Positions 17,201 to 42,464 of a stretch of DNA of 64,000 bases are shown here, piece after piece (position 1 is the stretch's first letter; every line of letters starts with the position of its first letter). The notes beneath the pieces were generated by a model. It saw nothing but the letters and a program-made list of their open reading frames with translations, did no database searches and was not told the DNA's origin. The stretch is from Antedon mediterranea. Lineage: Eukaryota; Animalia; Echinodermata. The translations under genes and the position numbers were made by a program. Where the stretch lies: assembly GCF_964355755.1 (NCBI RefSeq), contig NC_092673.1:5580001-5644000 (forward strand), in the 5' to 3' direction.

Positions 17201-20200
17201 AGTGTTTTTCCATAATTTCAGAAGTATATATTCTGACTAGGATAGGGTATTAACAAATTAATGCCCTACCTCCCATTGAATGTGTCACCCAGATAACTGG
17301 TCGCTGGCCTATTCCAGCTTTTTCTAACTTCTTGAGTAATTCTTGACTCCTGGCAGCTAGTGAACGCCTGTGTGGTACAAAACATCATAACTTTTCACTT
17401 TGCCTGAATAGATATGTAATATAATGTCCTCTAAAATTTGAGACCATGTTATGATATCAAATTTTATATACTATAACTGCATTTGGTGAAACTTCCAGAT
17501 ATTAATGCCTCTTATGTTGGTACATTAAACTCTCCCAATACCGGATACCTTAAGGCTGGCCTAATATGTCTGTTTTTCAGGAAAGTCTGGTATTCAGAAC
17601 GTGTATCAAATGGTAAAAAAGGAATTTGGGATCTTTGGGACCAAAAAAAGTCTTGTTTTGGGAAAGTTTCCGGTTTTGGGAGAGTCTGGTATTGGGAGAG
17701 TTGATTGTATTATACTTTTTATTATTTATCTTATAATATGATGTGCGAGAAAACATTTTCTTACTTTTCTTGGCCATATGGGCATGACGATGTCCACTCG
17801 GAAACCTGAGTTTCATATGCTACTGTTATAATACGTAAATGAGGGCAGTCTTCAGCTAACCATGTCTGTAAGAAACAAAAATAAAATAACAAATAACTAA
17901 AATTATATGATGAATATTGATTGTATCCAGAGTGTAGAAAAATTTTCTCAAATCTCCAAAAATAGAAAACATTTTATCAATATTGTGTGAACACTAAACC
18001 TGTAACCAATACTGTAAACGTGATTGTGCATGACTAGACTGCGTAGAGATGTGACTTCAAACTGGCTTACCGTAATTTATTATTTAGTAACCCACACTCT
18101 AATAGTAACCCCACTTCTAATAGTAACCCACACTCTAATAGTAACCCCACTTCTAATAGTAACCCACACTCTAATAGTAACCCCACTTCTAATAGTAACC
18201 TACCTTATAAGTCAATCTATAATAATAACCCACTACTCTAATAGTAACCCATGGGGGTTACTAAAAAAAAAACCAAAAACTGGGGATGTGGCCAGCCACC
18301 GTATTTTGAAAAAAAGAAGATAATGCATGTTGGTCTCGGGAGTGGGGAGGATTGAATGTTTTTGAGTTTATAAAATAAATTTAGAGTTCAACCAAATTGT
18401 TTATTCCTACTGTTTTATTATTTTGCTATGAGTTGCTGACCGGAAAAGTTGGGGGTGGGTTACTATTTTCAGGTGCCTAATTTAAGATTAGTAATAGCCA
18501 CTACTCTAATAGTAACGCATACAAAAAAATAAAAAAATAATAACCCAGATTTACGGTATCTGAAGTGATGTATCCGTATCGTGTTGTGGTTACTCGCTTT
18601 TTAAGCTATAATCACATTGGAGTTTTTTATTATTTATTTATTCCTATCAGTGAAACATAAAAAAGGAGCACTGGGGAAAGGCAAAAGCCGCCAAGGACAA
18701 CTATCGCCGAAGGGCGTGTCTCTCTAACAAGTTATATCTAAGTTAAATTATATAACCTCTTTGTTTTTATTGATATGGAGTTTATTGAAATGCTTATAAT
18801 ATAAATGAATACCTGTATATTTATACTATACCTTGGGCCAACAAGGTGTCAAATCCTTATCATTGGTACTTGTGTCAGAAGTTTCTTCTTTTGCAGATGC
18901 CCGCTGCCTCCAGGAATGGAAAGCGCCACCAAGAAGACCATGTACAAATACTACATCAGCAACTACTTCATCACTGTAGGGAATTAGATTAAAATGTGAT
19001 GATTGTATTTAACTACTGTGGAGTAGCTTTGCATCAGGGAGTTGAGTAAATTGTCAGATGTTTGCCATAGTTTTTACTTTACACATTGAGAAAATTTTGA
19101 AAAAAGTAGTTCATTTTCAGATAAGTAAATTTTAAATCGTAGTTGCATAAATAAACTTTAGTTTAGAAAAAGGTATGAATTTACTGTAACCATATCATGT
19201 ACTGGATATTTGTAACTTTTTCTAGGAACTTTAATATAAAAAAAATAAATGCTTATTCACAAACCTGTATCTATACTGTGGATGAAGTTGGTATATGCCA
19301 TTTCTGAATACATTACCAGTGTGTAAACTGTCAAGGTTAGATAAGGCACGGCTAGCCTCCATCTGGAGAGGTATATGCTTTGATTTAACCCAGTTAACCA
19401 GTACACGTACAAACCCTGAGAAGGAAAGATAATAAGGTTTATCGCAAATAGCTTGATTTCGCGAGAACCGTCATTGCACAATGCTTAATGGGAAGGGATT
19501 GGAAGCAAAAGTGCCACCGCCGTATAATACCAACTTTATATACTGGTGGTGGCGCTATTGCTCCCAAACCCTTCACATCATGCATCGCTCATGCAATTTG
19601 CGATAGACCTAATAAGCTATGATATGCTGTCTATATAGGCTAAAAAGTTTGTGTGATCACCATTATATATTTTGGAGTGAATAGGCCAGAACACCACCGC
19701 TAATGTTTAATACACTGCCACAGTGATTAAATGATGATCTGGCGTTTGAACTATCCTTTTATTTTATATTTTTAAAATGAAGGTTCAAGTTATATACCGT
19801 AAATCTTTTAATAATAACCCACTACTCTAATAGTAACCCATGGGTATTTAGAGTCACAAAAACTATTGACAAAATAACATTTATGAAGACATGGTCCTTT
19901 ATGATGCAGCCTGTTGATCTTGGAAGTGGGGGAGGATTGAGTGTTTTTGAGTTTATAAAATAAAGTTAGAGTTAAAACAAATTCATTTATTCGTACTGTT
20001 TTATTATTTTGCTATGATTTGCTGACCGAAAAAGTTGGGGTGGGTTACTATTTTCAGGTGCCTAATTTAAGATTAGTAATAGTAACACACTACTCTAATA
20101 GTAACCCCCTTCTAATAGTAATCCATCCTTAAAAAACAATCAAATAATAATAACTCAGGGTTACAATTAGAAGATTTACGGTACCCCACTATTTAGAGGA

Positions 20201-23200
20201 CACCCCTATTAAATAGAAAATGTCCTGTTAAATGAATGTGGTAAACTTTATATTTTAACACTACGTTTAAAGCAATGTAAAGAATTATGTTATTAACATA
20301 CCAGCTTGAATAATGTTCTGATGAAACCGTGTGTATACTGCTAAATTTCCGAGAACCTGAGCCATGTAGCATTGCAACTGTAAACTCTGAGTGCGCCTAT
20401 GCTGCAGCTCCATCAGCAACTGCAAACCACCGTTACTAATAATATCTTCAGCATGAGTTTCAATCTGAAAATACATTTTAAAAAAAATGTCTCTAATTAT
20501 GTATGAATTCAAGCGCGAACATTGGTCAAAGTTTCTGATGACATTTGGTAAAGTTACCATGGTTAAATATACAATTTTTCAGGCTCAGTGCGAACAAGGT
20601 TTTAAATCTGTACGTCAGATTCGCCAAAATTACATACCTCCGAATGGTTGATAAGTGACATCAGATAGAACCTTTCAGCACGCTCCGTGGGAACTCTACT
20701 CAAACTACTCACAAAGGATAAGCTATTTCCTCCAAAGCAAAGAGCACCGCTCTGAAAAGATAGAAGTTTTAGATTTAGTATTATTTATGTTAAAGACAGT
20801 AAAATATTGTTATATTTGCGCTTTAAGCATTTAAAGTATTTTATTTTTATTTCTTTATTCTGATATAAAATCAATAGGATAAAAACACAAAAAAGTACCG
20901 AGACGGCAAACTTATTTCCATTGTGGTCCTAAACAAATATAACAGAATAAACAAGGAAAACCACAATTACTTAAACATAATACACAAACATATAGCAAAT
21001 TAAATTTCTCTTAATCTAAGAATTTCACAAAAATAACCTTTTGATCTCTGTTTAAATAATTGTAATGAAGAGGAGCTTTGAACAAAATAGGGGAGTGAAT
21101 TCCATAACTGAATGCTTGTTATTAAGAAAGTTGACCTGTTGTGAGTTCCTATGACTGGAATTTGGATCGAAATGCTGTCTCTAGCAAATCTTGTATTGTG
21201 ATTGTGACGTTGTCTCGTCAGGGTAATTGTATCCAGGTAAGTTGGAGCACTTTTATTAATTATTTTATACATAATACATAGTTTCCTCTCTTGTACCCTT
21301 AGGTCAACTGGCAACCAATTTAAGTTTACAAACTCATGTATACCTATATGAGATCGTGGTCCTAGGTTCGAAATGCACCTAATAATTTTGTTTTGAGACG
21401 TCTGTAGCCTATTTTTAATTATTTGTACATGAGTACCAAGTAGCACAATGAGTCTGCTGGTAAAGTTTTTTATGAAGAATTTTATGTTGGGTTCTTTGAG
21501 CACAAGTCGCTTTAGTACTAGCCTTTGTATACACTGTATGTTGTCCTGGGATAAACTAAAAATAGATTTAAAATAAATGGATCTAAATTACCTGATCATC
21601 TGCTTGCGCCGCATCGTCTCCTAAGAGGGCAGTCTTTGTAAAATATTCTGTGCACGCATCTAAACCACTTTTAGGTAGTGAGCCCAACAGATGACGAAAC
21701 CTTTCAACTAAATTTACCTAATGTAATAATGTGTAATAATGAAAATGTTTAAACTTCCATAAATAGCTTTAAGAATTGACAATTTAAGAGCATCCGAAAG
21801 CTCTGTCTCCACTTTCAAACATTTGAGCACATCACACTTTTTTGTAAAAGTAGTTTGATAGTGTAGACAGAGCTTACTTAACACATCAAATACACTTGGG
21901 ATGTGCCATTTAGAATAAAAATAATTGATTAAATCAGTTATACATTTATTTGTCACATAAAGTTGGATAGTGTAGACAGAGATTTCACTAAATTCACTAA
22001 ATGATGGTTATTATCCATTATAACCAATCAAACATACCTTGTTTTCTTGAACAGGAGGAGGTGGTGGAAGAAAGAAACGACTATCAACATCAGGTGACCT
22101 AGCTAAACCAATAAGAGTGTTCTGATCACATGCTTGAGCGACAACTTGGTAATCGGCATCTAATTATACAACAATTTAAATGTTTAAAGCTCTGTCTAAA
22201 CAAAAAAGTGTAATGTGCCCAAATATGGTAGTAATATGATTACATCGTGTCCATATATGAGAGCATATCACATTTGTTTGTCACATAAAGTTTGATTTAG
22301 AATTATACTACAGTATTTACTTTGGTTTTCAGGAACCGGAATGCTACCAAACTAGTTTGACAAAAAAAGTGTGATGTGCCCAAATATAGTAGTGATATTC
22401 CCAAATATGGTAATGATATTCCCAAATATGGTAGTGATATGCCAAAATATGGTAGTGATATGACATCATCATGTCCATATATGAGCATATCACATTTTTT
22501 TGTCACAAAAAGTTTGATAGTGTAGACAGGGCTTTACACACATTAAAAGAACACCCATTCAGGACCTAGGAAAGTGTCTCCCATAATATTTAAAGCACTA
22601 AAGAAATAAAGACTGAAATACAACAGTTTACCATGCCATCCATGTACGTTAGCCAATGATGATATAGCAAGTTGGCGATCATATGGTTTATCTGACTTAG
22701 CCTTCTGTAATAAGCGCCAAGGATTGGCTGTACTTGTGTCTAAAGGTACCCAAAACGGTAACCAAGATGTGCCTGCAAGATTAACAAAATACTGTCAGTG
22801 TCACTAACAAAATAATGTTTAACAGTATTTTAACAATTCTTGGTTCATATGGTAAAAACATAGGATGTTGTTTTAAAGCTCTGTCTACACTATCAAACTT
22901 TATGTCACCAAAAAAATGTGATGTGCCCATATGGACATGATGATGTCATATCACTACCAAATTTAAGCATATCACTACCATATTTGGGCACATCACACTT
23001 TTTGTTGTCATACTTGTTTGATAATGAGCTTAATAACAACCTTAACTTAATGTTGTTTTCAATGGGAAGAAATCTCAGGTTGTGCTTTGATTTTCAGAAT
23101 TCAAAGTGGTATATAGTATTATACTGTACATGAAAGTGTAATGTATTGGACTTACTTGGATGTTTATCTTCAATGATGTTCTCCAATGTGTTTTTCATAT

Positions 23201-24691
23201 TTGTTACCATGTTTGACTGGCCTACAAACAAACATGCATGCTACAGGTTTAGTACACACTGCATTATGTCTAAGTATCTAGATTAGTATTCTATAGGTTA
23301 ATGTTTCTATTATGTATCGAAGCGTATGGCCGAGCAGCTAAGATAGTGGAACCGTAATCCATAGGTATAATCGGTAAGGGTTCGCGTCGCACTTGCTCCA
23401 TTGTTCTGGTGGTAGAAAGAGTCTTTTCTGGTAAGGACTATAAACCGTAGGTCCAGTGTGCACTTTAAATAACCTAGTACATCTTTCGAAGGCGAGTAGG
23501 AGGGTTACCCTGGTGTAGTACTAGTCCATACAGCCACTTTCGTGAACAGAAAAGAGAGCACCGCATATGTCTCTCTGCAGGACATGATGAGTCCCTTAGG
23601 GGAGAGGAATGTTATTGAAAGTTTAGTCCACAGCACCTTGAGAAATTTAGTCTTTAGTGGATATGTGCACTTTACAAATCTTATATTATATTATTATATT
23701 ATGTTATATTAGTGTTTTCTATAGGCTAGTGTTTTTTATTGGTCAATATTTCTATATGTTTTTAGCTTACTATGTGAATGTTTCCTATGATTTTGCGAAC
23801 ATATTTGGTGATTATAATTGTAGCCTGAATGTATAAATATTGAATCTTGTGTGACACAGACACATTAATTTAAAAAAATCTAAGAAAAGATTACTGTATT
23901 TAATAAAAAAAATATTTTGCATGCACAAATGCGATTAGGTATTATTAATTAATAATATTTATACTAGCCCTTAAGATAATACCTTGCTTAATGTCCTCAG
24001 TCTTCACGTAGATGTACGGGCTATGATGCTCAATGCTTAGTTGGTTTGTTTTAAAGTTCATCGCCCTATCAATGTCTTGAAATAACTTGTAAACGAGGAT
24101 ACCAACCCTGTCAAGTATTAATTAAGAAAACTAACTCAACATTCTAAGATTTTGAGGATTAAACCATAAATTATCTTTAAAATCATAAACTATGGTGGGG
24201 AAAAAAGAGAACAGAATGCTATACAGTTCTTAAAATAATTGTTCTGGGGTAACTTTGTGTAAGTTTAATTTACTTCCATTTTAAAATAATCCTTTCATTG
24301 AACAGTGTGGATAGCCATTTACAGTATTTGTTGATTTGGAGTATTATTAATACTCTAGTTAGTACTGTATTTACATTATTTATTAATATTTATACTAGCC
24401 TACCTACCCTCCAACGATGGACAATGTAGCTAAGGCAATTTTTCCTACAAAGAAAATATATGTTAGATTACAATGCTGAGCATATATTTACTGTTCTATA
24501 AAATCTGTGTGCAGTGACAGTGATTGCCTTTGATAATGTGTTTGAATTTGAACATGTGAATTTTAAAAATCATTATTTAACCTATAAATAGGTTGCCTAC
24601 TTGCTACTATAACTTATAAAGTTAAACTTAAATTTAAACAAAATCCCTTACCTTTTATAGACTTCCTCAGCCTAGGGTTAGGCCTCGCCAT
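14230..24691 (-). CDS. SERAC1: Serine active site-containing protein 1 (phosphatidylglycerol-remodelling alpha/beta hydrolase), ~656 aa, 16 coding exons
   Basis: Exons (minus strand): 24691-24652, 24444-24408, 24107-23983, 23221-23156, 22772-22632, 22159-22038, 21717-21592, 20751-20638, 20464-20302, 19415-19265, 18973-18832, 17865-17765, 17367-17270, 16801-16619, 15941-15801, 14450-14230. All are GT-AG with consistent phases and total 1971 nt. Motifs [66 protein letters not shown] (lipase serine), FYSTPHQGS and NHFGVCKP match SERAC1. Start context aagATGGCG. Confidence 0.96.
14526..14868. mobile_element. Non-autonomous P-superfamily-like DNA transposon, copy 1
   Basis: ~31-bp TIR CAAAGAACTTATAACACAAGAATCTCCTGTT. 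Flanks GTATTGC/GTATTAC form a 7-bp TSD with one mismatch. Homologous to 42057-42464. Confidence 0.82.
16160..16407 (-). mobile_element. tRNA-derived Nin/Deu-domain SINE
   Basis: Reverse complement has a tRNA-like head (GAGCGGTTAAGACAGTGG...GGGTTCGAGGCTCACTCGCTCCA) and a core TAAAC.GTAGGTCC...TTAAAGAACCTAGTAC...GAGTAGGGGGTTACCCCGGTG. Confidence 0.8.
16966..17037 (-). other. tRNA-like cloverleaf with ATC anticodon inside a dispersed repeat (probable pseudo-tRNA or tRNA-derived element)
   Basis: Acceptor stem GCCCCAG/TTGGGGC, anticodon stem TCTGC/GCAGA with loop ATATCAA, T-arm CCGGG-TTCGTAT-CTCGG, followed by TTTTT. A deleted paralog with the same flanks lies at ~45585-45870. Confidence 0.55.
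17523..17707. mobile_element. Tc1/mariner-type MITE
   Basis: TA|CATTAAACTCTCCCAATACC...GGTATTGGGAGAGTTGATTG|TA. Confidence 0.7.
18070..18556. mobile_element. Tc1/mariner-type MITE with internal 18-bp repeats (CTAATAGTAACCC..); second copy at 19797-20181
   Basis: TA|CCGTAA...TTACGG|TA ends. Shares the internal body GTGGGG(G)AGGATTGA.TGTTTTTGAGTTTATAAAATAAA with the 19797-20181 copy. Confidence 0.78.
19436..19609. mobile_element. Harbinger-like MITE
   Basis: TAA|GGTTTATCGCAAAT...ATTTGCGATAGACC|TAA, internally palindromic. Confidence 0.68.
20838..21440 (-). mobile_element. 5'-truncated non-LTR retrotransposon (L2/Crack-like): RT C-terminus plus 3' UTR
   Basis: ORF 21000-21503 contains [10 protein letters not shown]...LNWLPV..R...[13 protein letters not shown]...HNTR...LWNSLP...FKQ. 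It is followed by a GGACCACAATGGAAATAAG...TGTGTTTTTATCC 3' end and an A-rich tail. Lies in a SERAC1 intron. Confidence 0.85.
23319..23705 (+). mobile_element. Full-length Nin/Deu-domain SINE with L2-type 3' tail
   Basis: tRNA head (TGGCCGAGCAGCTAAG...GGGTTCG), core TAAGGACTATAAACCGTAGGTCC...GAGTAGGAGGGTTACCCTGGTG, tail GCACCTTGAG...GTGGATATGTGCACTTTACAAATC(TTATA)n. Confidence 0.82.
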
Positions 24692-26533
24692 CTTTTAACT
24701 AGCCTATGTAAAAAGACTAGACAAATAGACAGTTCAAAAGCCTAGTACGTAGTAAGGCTGGGTGGGTAGGCCTAGACTCCTAGTAGTAGTAGTAGGATCT
24801 TTTTTTCTTATTTTATTTATTTTATCTCAATCAAAGTTTTCTCACTTTTAATAATAAATAGTATCCAAAGTTTTCGGAATACAATAGTTAACGCATTTGA
24901 AAGCTATTTTCTTTCAATAAATTCTGATTGTTTAACTAATTAGATTAGGTCTATGCCTAGGCCCATAACAACTCGTCGACTTGTGTATTGTTGACATCAT
25001 TGAGCGTGCTTCGCTGGCTTTCACTCCTGAACGAACACCGATTGAGACCAGAGAGAGACAGGCCTAGAGAGGCTAGCCTATGAGGTCTAGGCTAGCCATC
25101 CATCCTATATCCTAAAAGGTTCACACGTTTAACATATATTATGTGTGAATACTACACAATCAATAACCCAATACATTTATATTATAGATTAATAATATGA
25201 TTATTAAAGTAGATAACAGAGCAGTCACAGAGTATTCAAATTTTATCAGCACTTTTCAGCTTCGCCGATCTCCCTTCTTAAAAAATGCAGTGACCCCAAA
25301 TGGCATGACGTAACAGTTACTTACAGCCAATGAAAATCGAATATGACTCTTTCTTTTTTCTTGCTTTCTTTTTTTGTTTAGACGTACATCGACCGGTTCA
25401 AGATTCAAGAAATTTTATTTCTTCACTTAAAGTGGAGATTCATTTTGCTTGGCATAATTAAGACTACATAAAAATAATACCAAAAAACGTGTAAATAATT
25501 GTGTTTTTTAGAGTTGTTTGTCGCAATTTTTCTCATATTATGTTCCTTTGTTTGTATATCATAGTAGATCAAGTTATAGTTTCATGTTTCAAATATTTAT
25601 TACTTTCTTTAGATTCATCTTATCAATAAACAATTTTTATTAAGTATTATTTCCAAATTGTTTTGAGAACTATTTATCGTCGATGCGCTATGCCTATTAA
25701 AATTTAATTTTATATTTTTGTCGAGATGCGACTGCAACTGTAGGCCTACTATTGTGACTAGCTGCGGAGCTGAGTTGAATATGAGCTGAGAACAAATATA
25801 TTGCAAGTTGCATGTACGTGCAACCGTTGTTGCACAGTTTAGAAAGCCATTAATCATGCATGTTTTGTTAATGAAAGTTTGAGTCATCTCAAGAGCACCT
25901 CCGTGAGGTCTTCCTCGCAACTCGTTTAGTAAGAAACTTTTTCGTGAAACAAACGAAGAGCATTGGCCTATACTGAATTATATTTTATACTACAACCAGC
26001 CCCTATTCAGAGGACATATAATTATTAGTGGAGACTTTAGTTTCGCTATTCTAGTGACAATTTTGTTCTAGTTCTTTTACAAGTTATAGGCCTACCCTAG
26101 TAGGCCCTAAGGAAGTAATTTTACTCTCCTCTGGTTATAGGCCTACATATTACTGACACTAAATTGTGCGTTTTTGTGTATTTTCATATTTTGTAATAAA
26201 ATGGTATTTGCTATACATAAAATGTATAACAACGCAAATAATATCAACGCTCAAAATACTCCGTTAAGTAAGCACTTAACGGAAAAAACTATACTTAACG
26301 CGGACGGTAAAAGTCCCAATTTCCAAGTTTAACGAAAACAAATAGTTTGTTGTGAAAACACACTAACCGATTACGCATGCTCAGTAAGGGCTGCCATGTT
26401 GTCTACGGAAGTTATGTTTAGGAAAGGTTTAGGGAAGAAATAGTTTATTTTTTATTGTTTTGACCACTGATTTTAATGAAAATTTACGTCGATGAATAAA
26501 GGAGAGTTAGCCTCTAGACTGAAGAAAGGCAAG
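24692..26533. promoter_or_regulatory. Divergent (head-to-head) SERAC1/FHIP2 promoter and 5' UTR region
   Basis: Start codons are 1.84 kb apart on opposite strands. Locally CpG-richer. CRE-like TGACGTAA (~25307), CCAAT (~25327), YY1-like GCCATGTTG (~26393). Probable SERAC1 non-coding exon donor at 24845. Confidence 0.65.
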
Positions 26534-40608
<14,075 letters not shown>

Positions 40609-40611
40609 TGA

Positions 40612-40947
40612 AAAGAACACTGTACTAACTCTGCCACGGAAGGAATGACATACTGGTTGACCTCCAGGTTGATCGTTTTATGTAAAGAACACTACTAACT
40701 GCCACGGAAGGAATAACATACTGGTTGACCTCCAGGTTGATCATTTTATGTAAAGAACACTGTACTAACTCTGCCACGGAAGGAATGACATACTGGTTGA
40801 CCTCCAGGTTGATCATTTTATGTAAAGAACACTGTACTAACTCTGCCATAGAAGGAATAACATATTGGTTGACCCCCAGGTTGATCGTTTATGTAAAGAA
40901 CACTGTACCATCTCTGCCACAGAAGGAATGACATACTGGTTGACCCC
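40612..40947. repeat. ~72-bp tandem repeat (about 4.7 units) immediately after the FHIP2 stop codon
   Basis: AAAGAACACTGTACTAACTCTGCCACGGAAGGAATGACATACTGGTTGACCTCCAGGTTGATC units start at ~40612, 40684, 40752, 40824 and 40895. Confidence 0.93.
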
Positions 40948-41504
40948 AGCGTGATTGTTTATGTTTTTTGTGATCTTATTATGGAGCCAGGTCATTATTA
41001 ACTGGTCTAATATGGATAGTGTACACAGCAATGGAATCTGCTTTTTAGAGTTGTAAGCGAGGTGTGTCTCACAAAAGGCGACTCCCGCTCCACACAGACT
41101 ACATTTATTTGTGTGCTTCAATGCCTTAAACAGACCAAGTAAATGCTGTTTTATTTTCTTGCTCATGGAGTTCTGATTCACACTGAGCTAACTATGCTGT
41201 CCTTATCTTGTATGGTAATTAATGCTGAAGTCATTGTTATACAAGATTCTTACTCACTGATGGTATAATTCTGTGTGCTCATGGAGTAATTTTGGCGTCA
41301 CACAGAGCTAATGACGCCATCTTTATATTGTGCTTGATAATTAATGCAGAATATTGCTACTTACTGATGGTTAATTTTTGCATAAAAACGTAAAACCATA
41401 AATCTATTCATGTTATTATTTAACTTAACAAAGCTGACTGAAAAATTGTTTGCTAAATAGCGTTTTATTTATTTTATATATTAGTAATTGTAGACAACAT
41501 TATT

Positions 41505-42056
41505 ACACATACATGTTTCCTCTCACTCAGTATCTACTGGTATATGGTAGAACTTCTTTAAAGGTACACCTTCGGGACCCAACAAAGTGTTCCCTTAATA
41601 GGAGTGCCCCCTTAATAGGGTATCCCAAATATACACATACATGTTTCCTCTCACTCAGTATTTACTGGTATATGGTAGAACTTCTTTAAAGGTACACCTT
41701 CGGGACCCAACAAAGTGTTCCCTTAATAGGAGTGCCCCCTTAATAGGGTATCCCAAATATACACATACATGTTTCCTCTCACTCAGTATCTACTGGTATA
41801 TGGTAGAACTTCTTTAAAGGTACACCTTCGGGACCCAACAAAGTGTTCCCTTAATAGGAGTGCCCCCTTAATAGGGTATCCCAAATATACACATACATGT
41901 TTCCTCTCAATCAGTATCTACTGGTATATGGTAGAACTTCTTTAAAGGTACACCTTCGGGACCCAACAAAGTGTTCCCCTTAATAGGAGTGCCCCCTTAA
42001 TAGGGTGTCCAAAATATACACATACATGTTTCCTCTCACTCAGTATCTACTAGTAT
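41505..42056. repeat. 128-bp tandem repeat (about 4.3 units) derived from a mariner-like MITE half plus flank
   Basis: Near-identical units ACATGTTTCCTCTCACTCAGTATCTACTGG...AAAGGTACACCTTCGGGACCCAACAAAGTG. The parent MITE (CAGTAAAACCTC...GTTCTACTG) is at ~42473-42622. Confidence 0.92.
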
Positions 42057-42464
42057 CAAAGAACTTATAACACAAGAATCTCCTGTTCTTCAATTTGCAT
42101 TCAAAACACAGTATCGGAAGTACAGGGTTAAAAGGTCAAACTGGACGCCATTTCACAGCATGGAGCAGCGCCCCCTCCAAACTAGGAAGTCAATTACTCT
42201 ACCCCACCTAGAGTATTAGCAGATCCCCTCTATGATTTTGACTTTCTAATTTGATGCGGGCGCCCTACTCCTCAGTCAATTACTCTATCCCCCCTAGAGT
42301 ATTAGCAGATCCCCTCTATGATTTTGACTTTCTAATTTGATGCGGGCGCCCTACTCCATGGCTCACAATGACGCCACCCATTAGCTCTATTCTATCCCAC
42401 AATGCCTTTCGAAATTGTTACGCACTTCGGACGAACAGGAGATTCTTGTGTTATAAGTTCTTTG
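42057..42464. mobile_element. Non-autonomous P-superfamily-like DNA transposon, copy 2
   Basis: Same TIR as the 14526 copy. Perfect 7-bp TSD CTAGTAT (42050-42056, 42465-42471). Contains an internal ~86-bp duplication. Confidence 0.85.

Noticed and set aside
22303-23133. Recurrent small ORFs containing '[13 protein letters not shown]' (also at 39996 and 51847)
   Set aside because: Translations of the non-coding family-A MITE, not a protein family.
23575-23625. TGATGAGTCCC-TTAG-GGGA resembling a hammerhead ribozyme core
   Set aside because: Lacks the CUGAUGA start and the GAAA after stem II, and no stems I/III could be built. It lies in a SINE body.
24846-24905. Alternative first coding exon for SERAC1 (GTGAG donor at 24845)
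   Set aside because: In-frame TAG and no ATG. More likely a non-coding 5' exon. The ATG at 24691 has better context and the correct phase.
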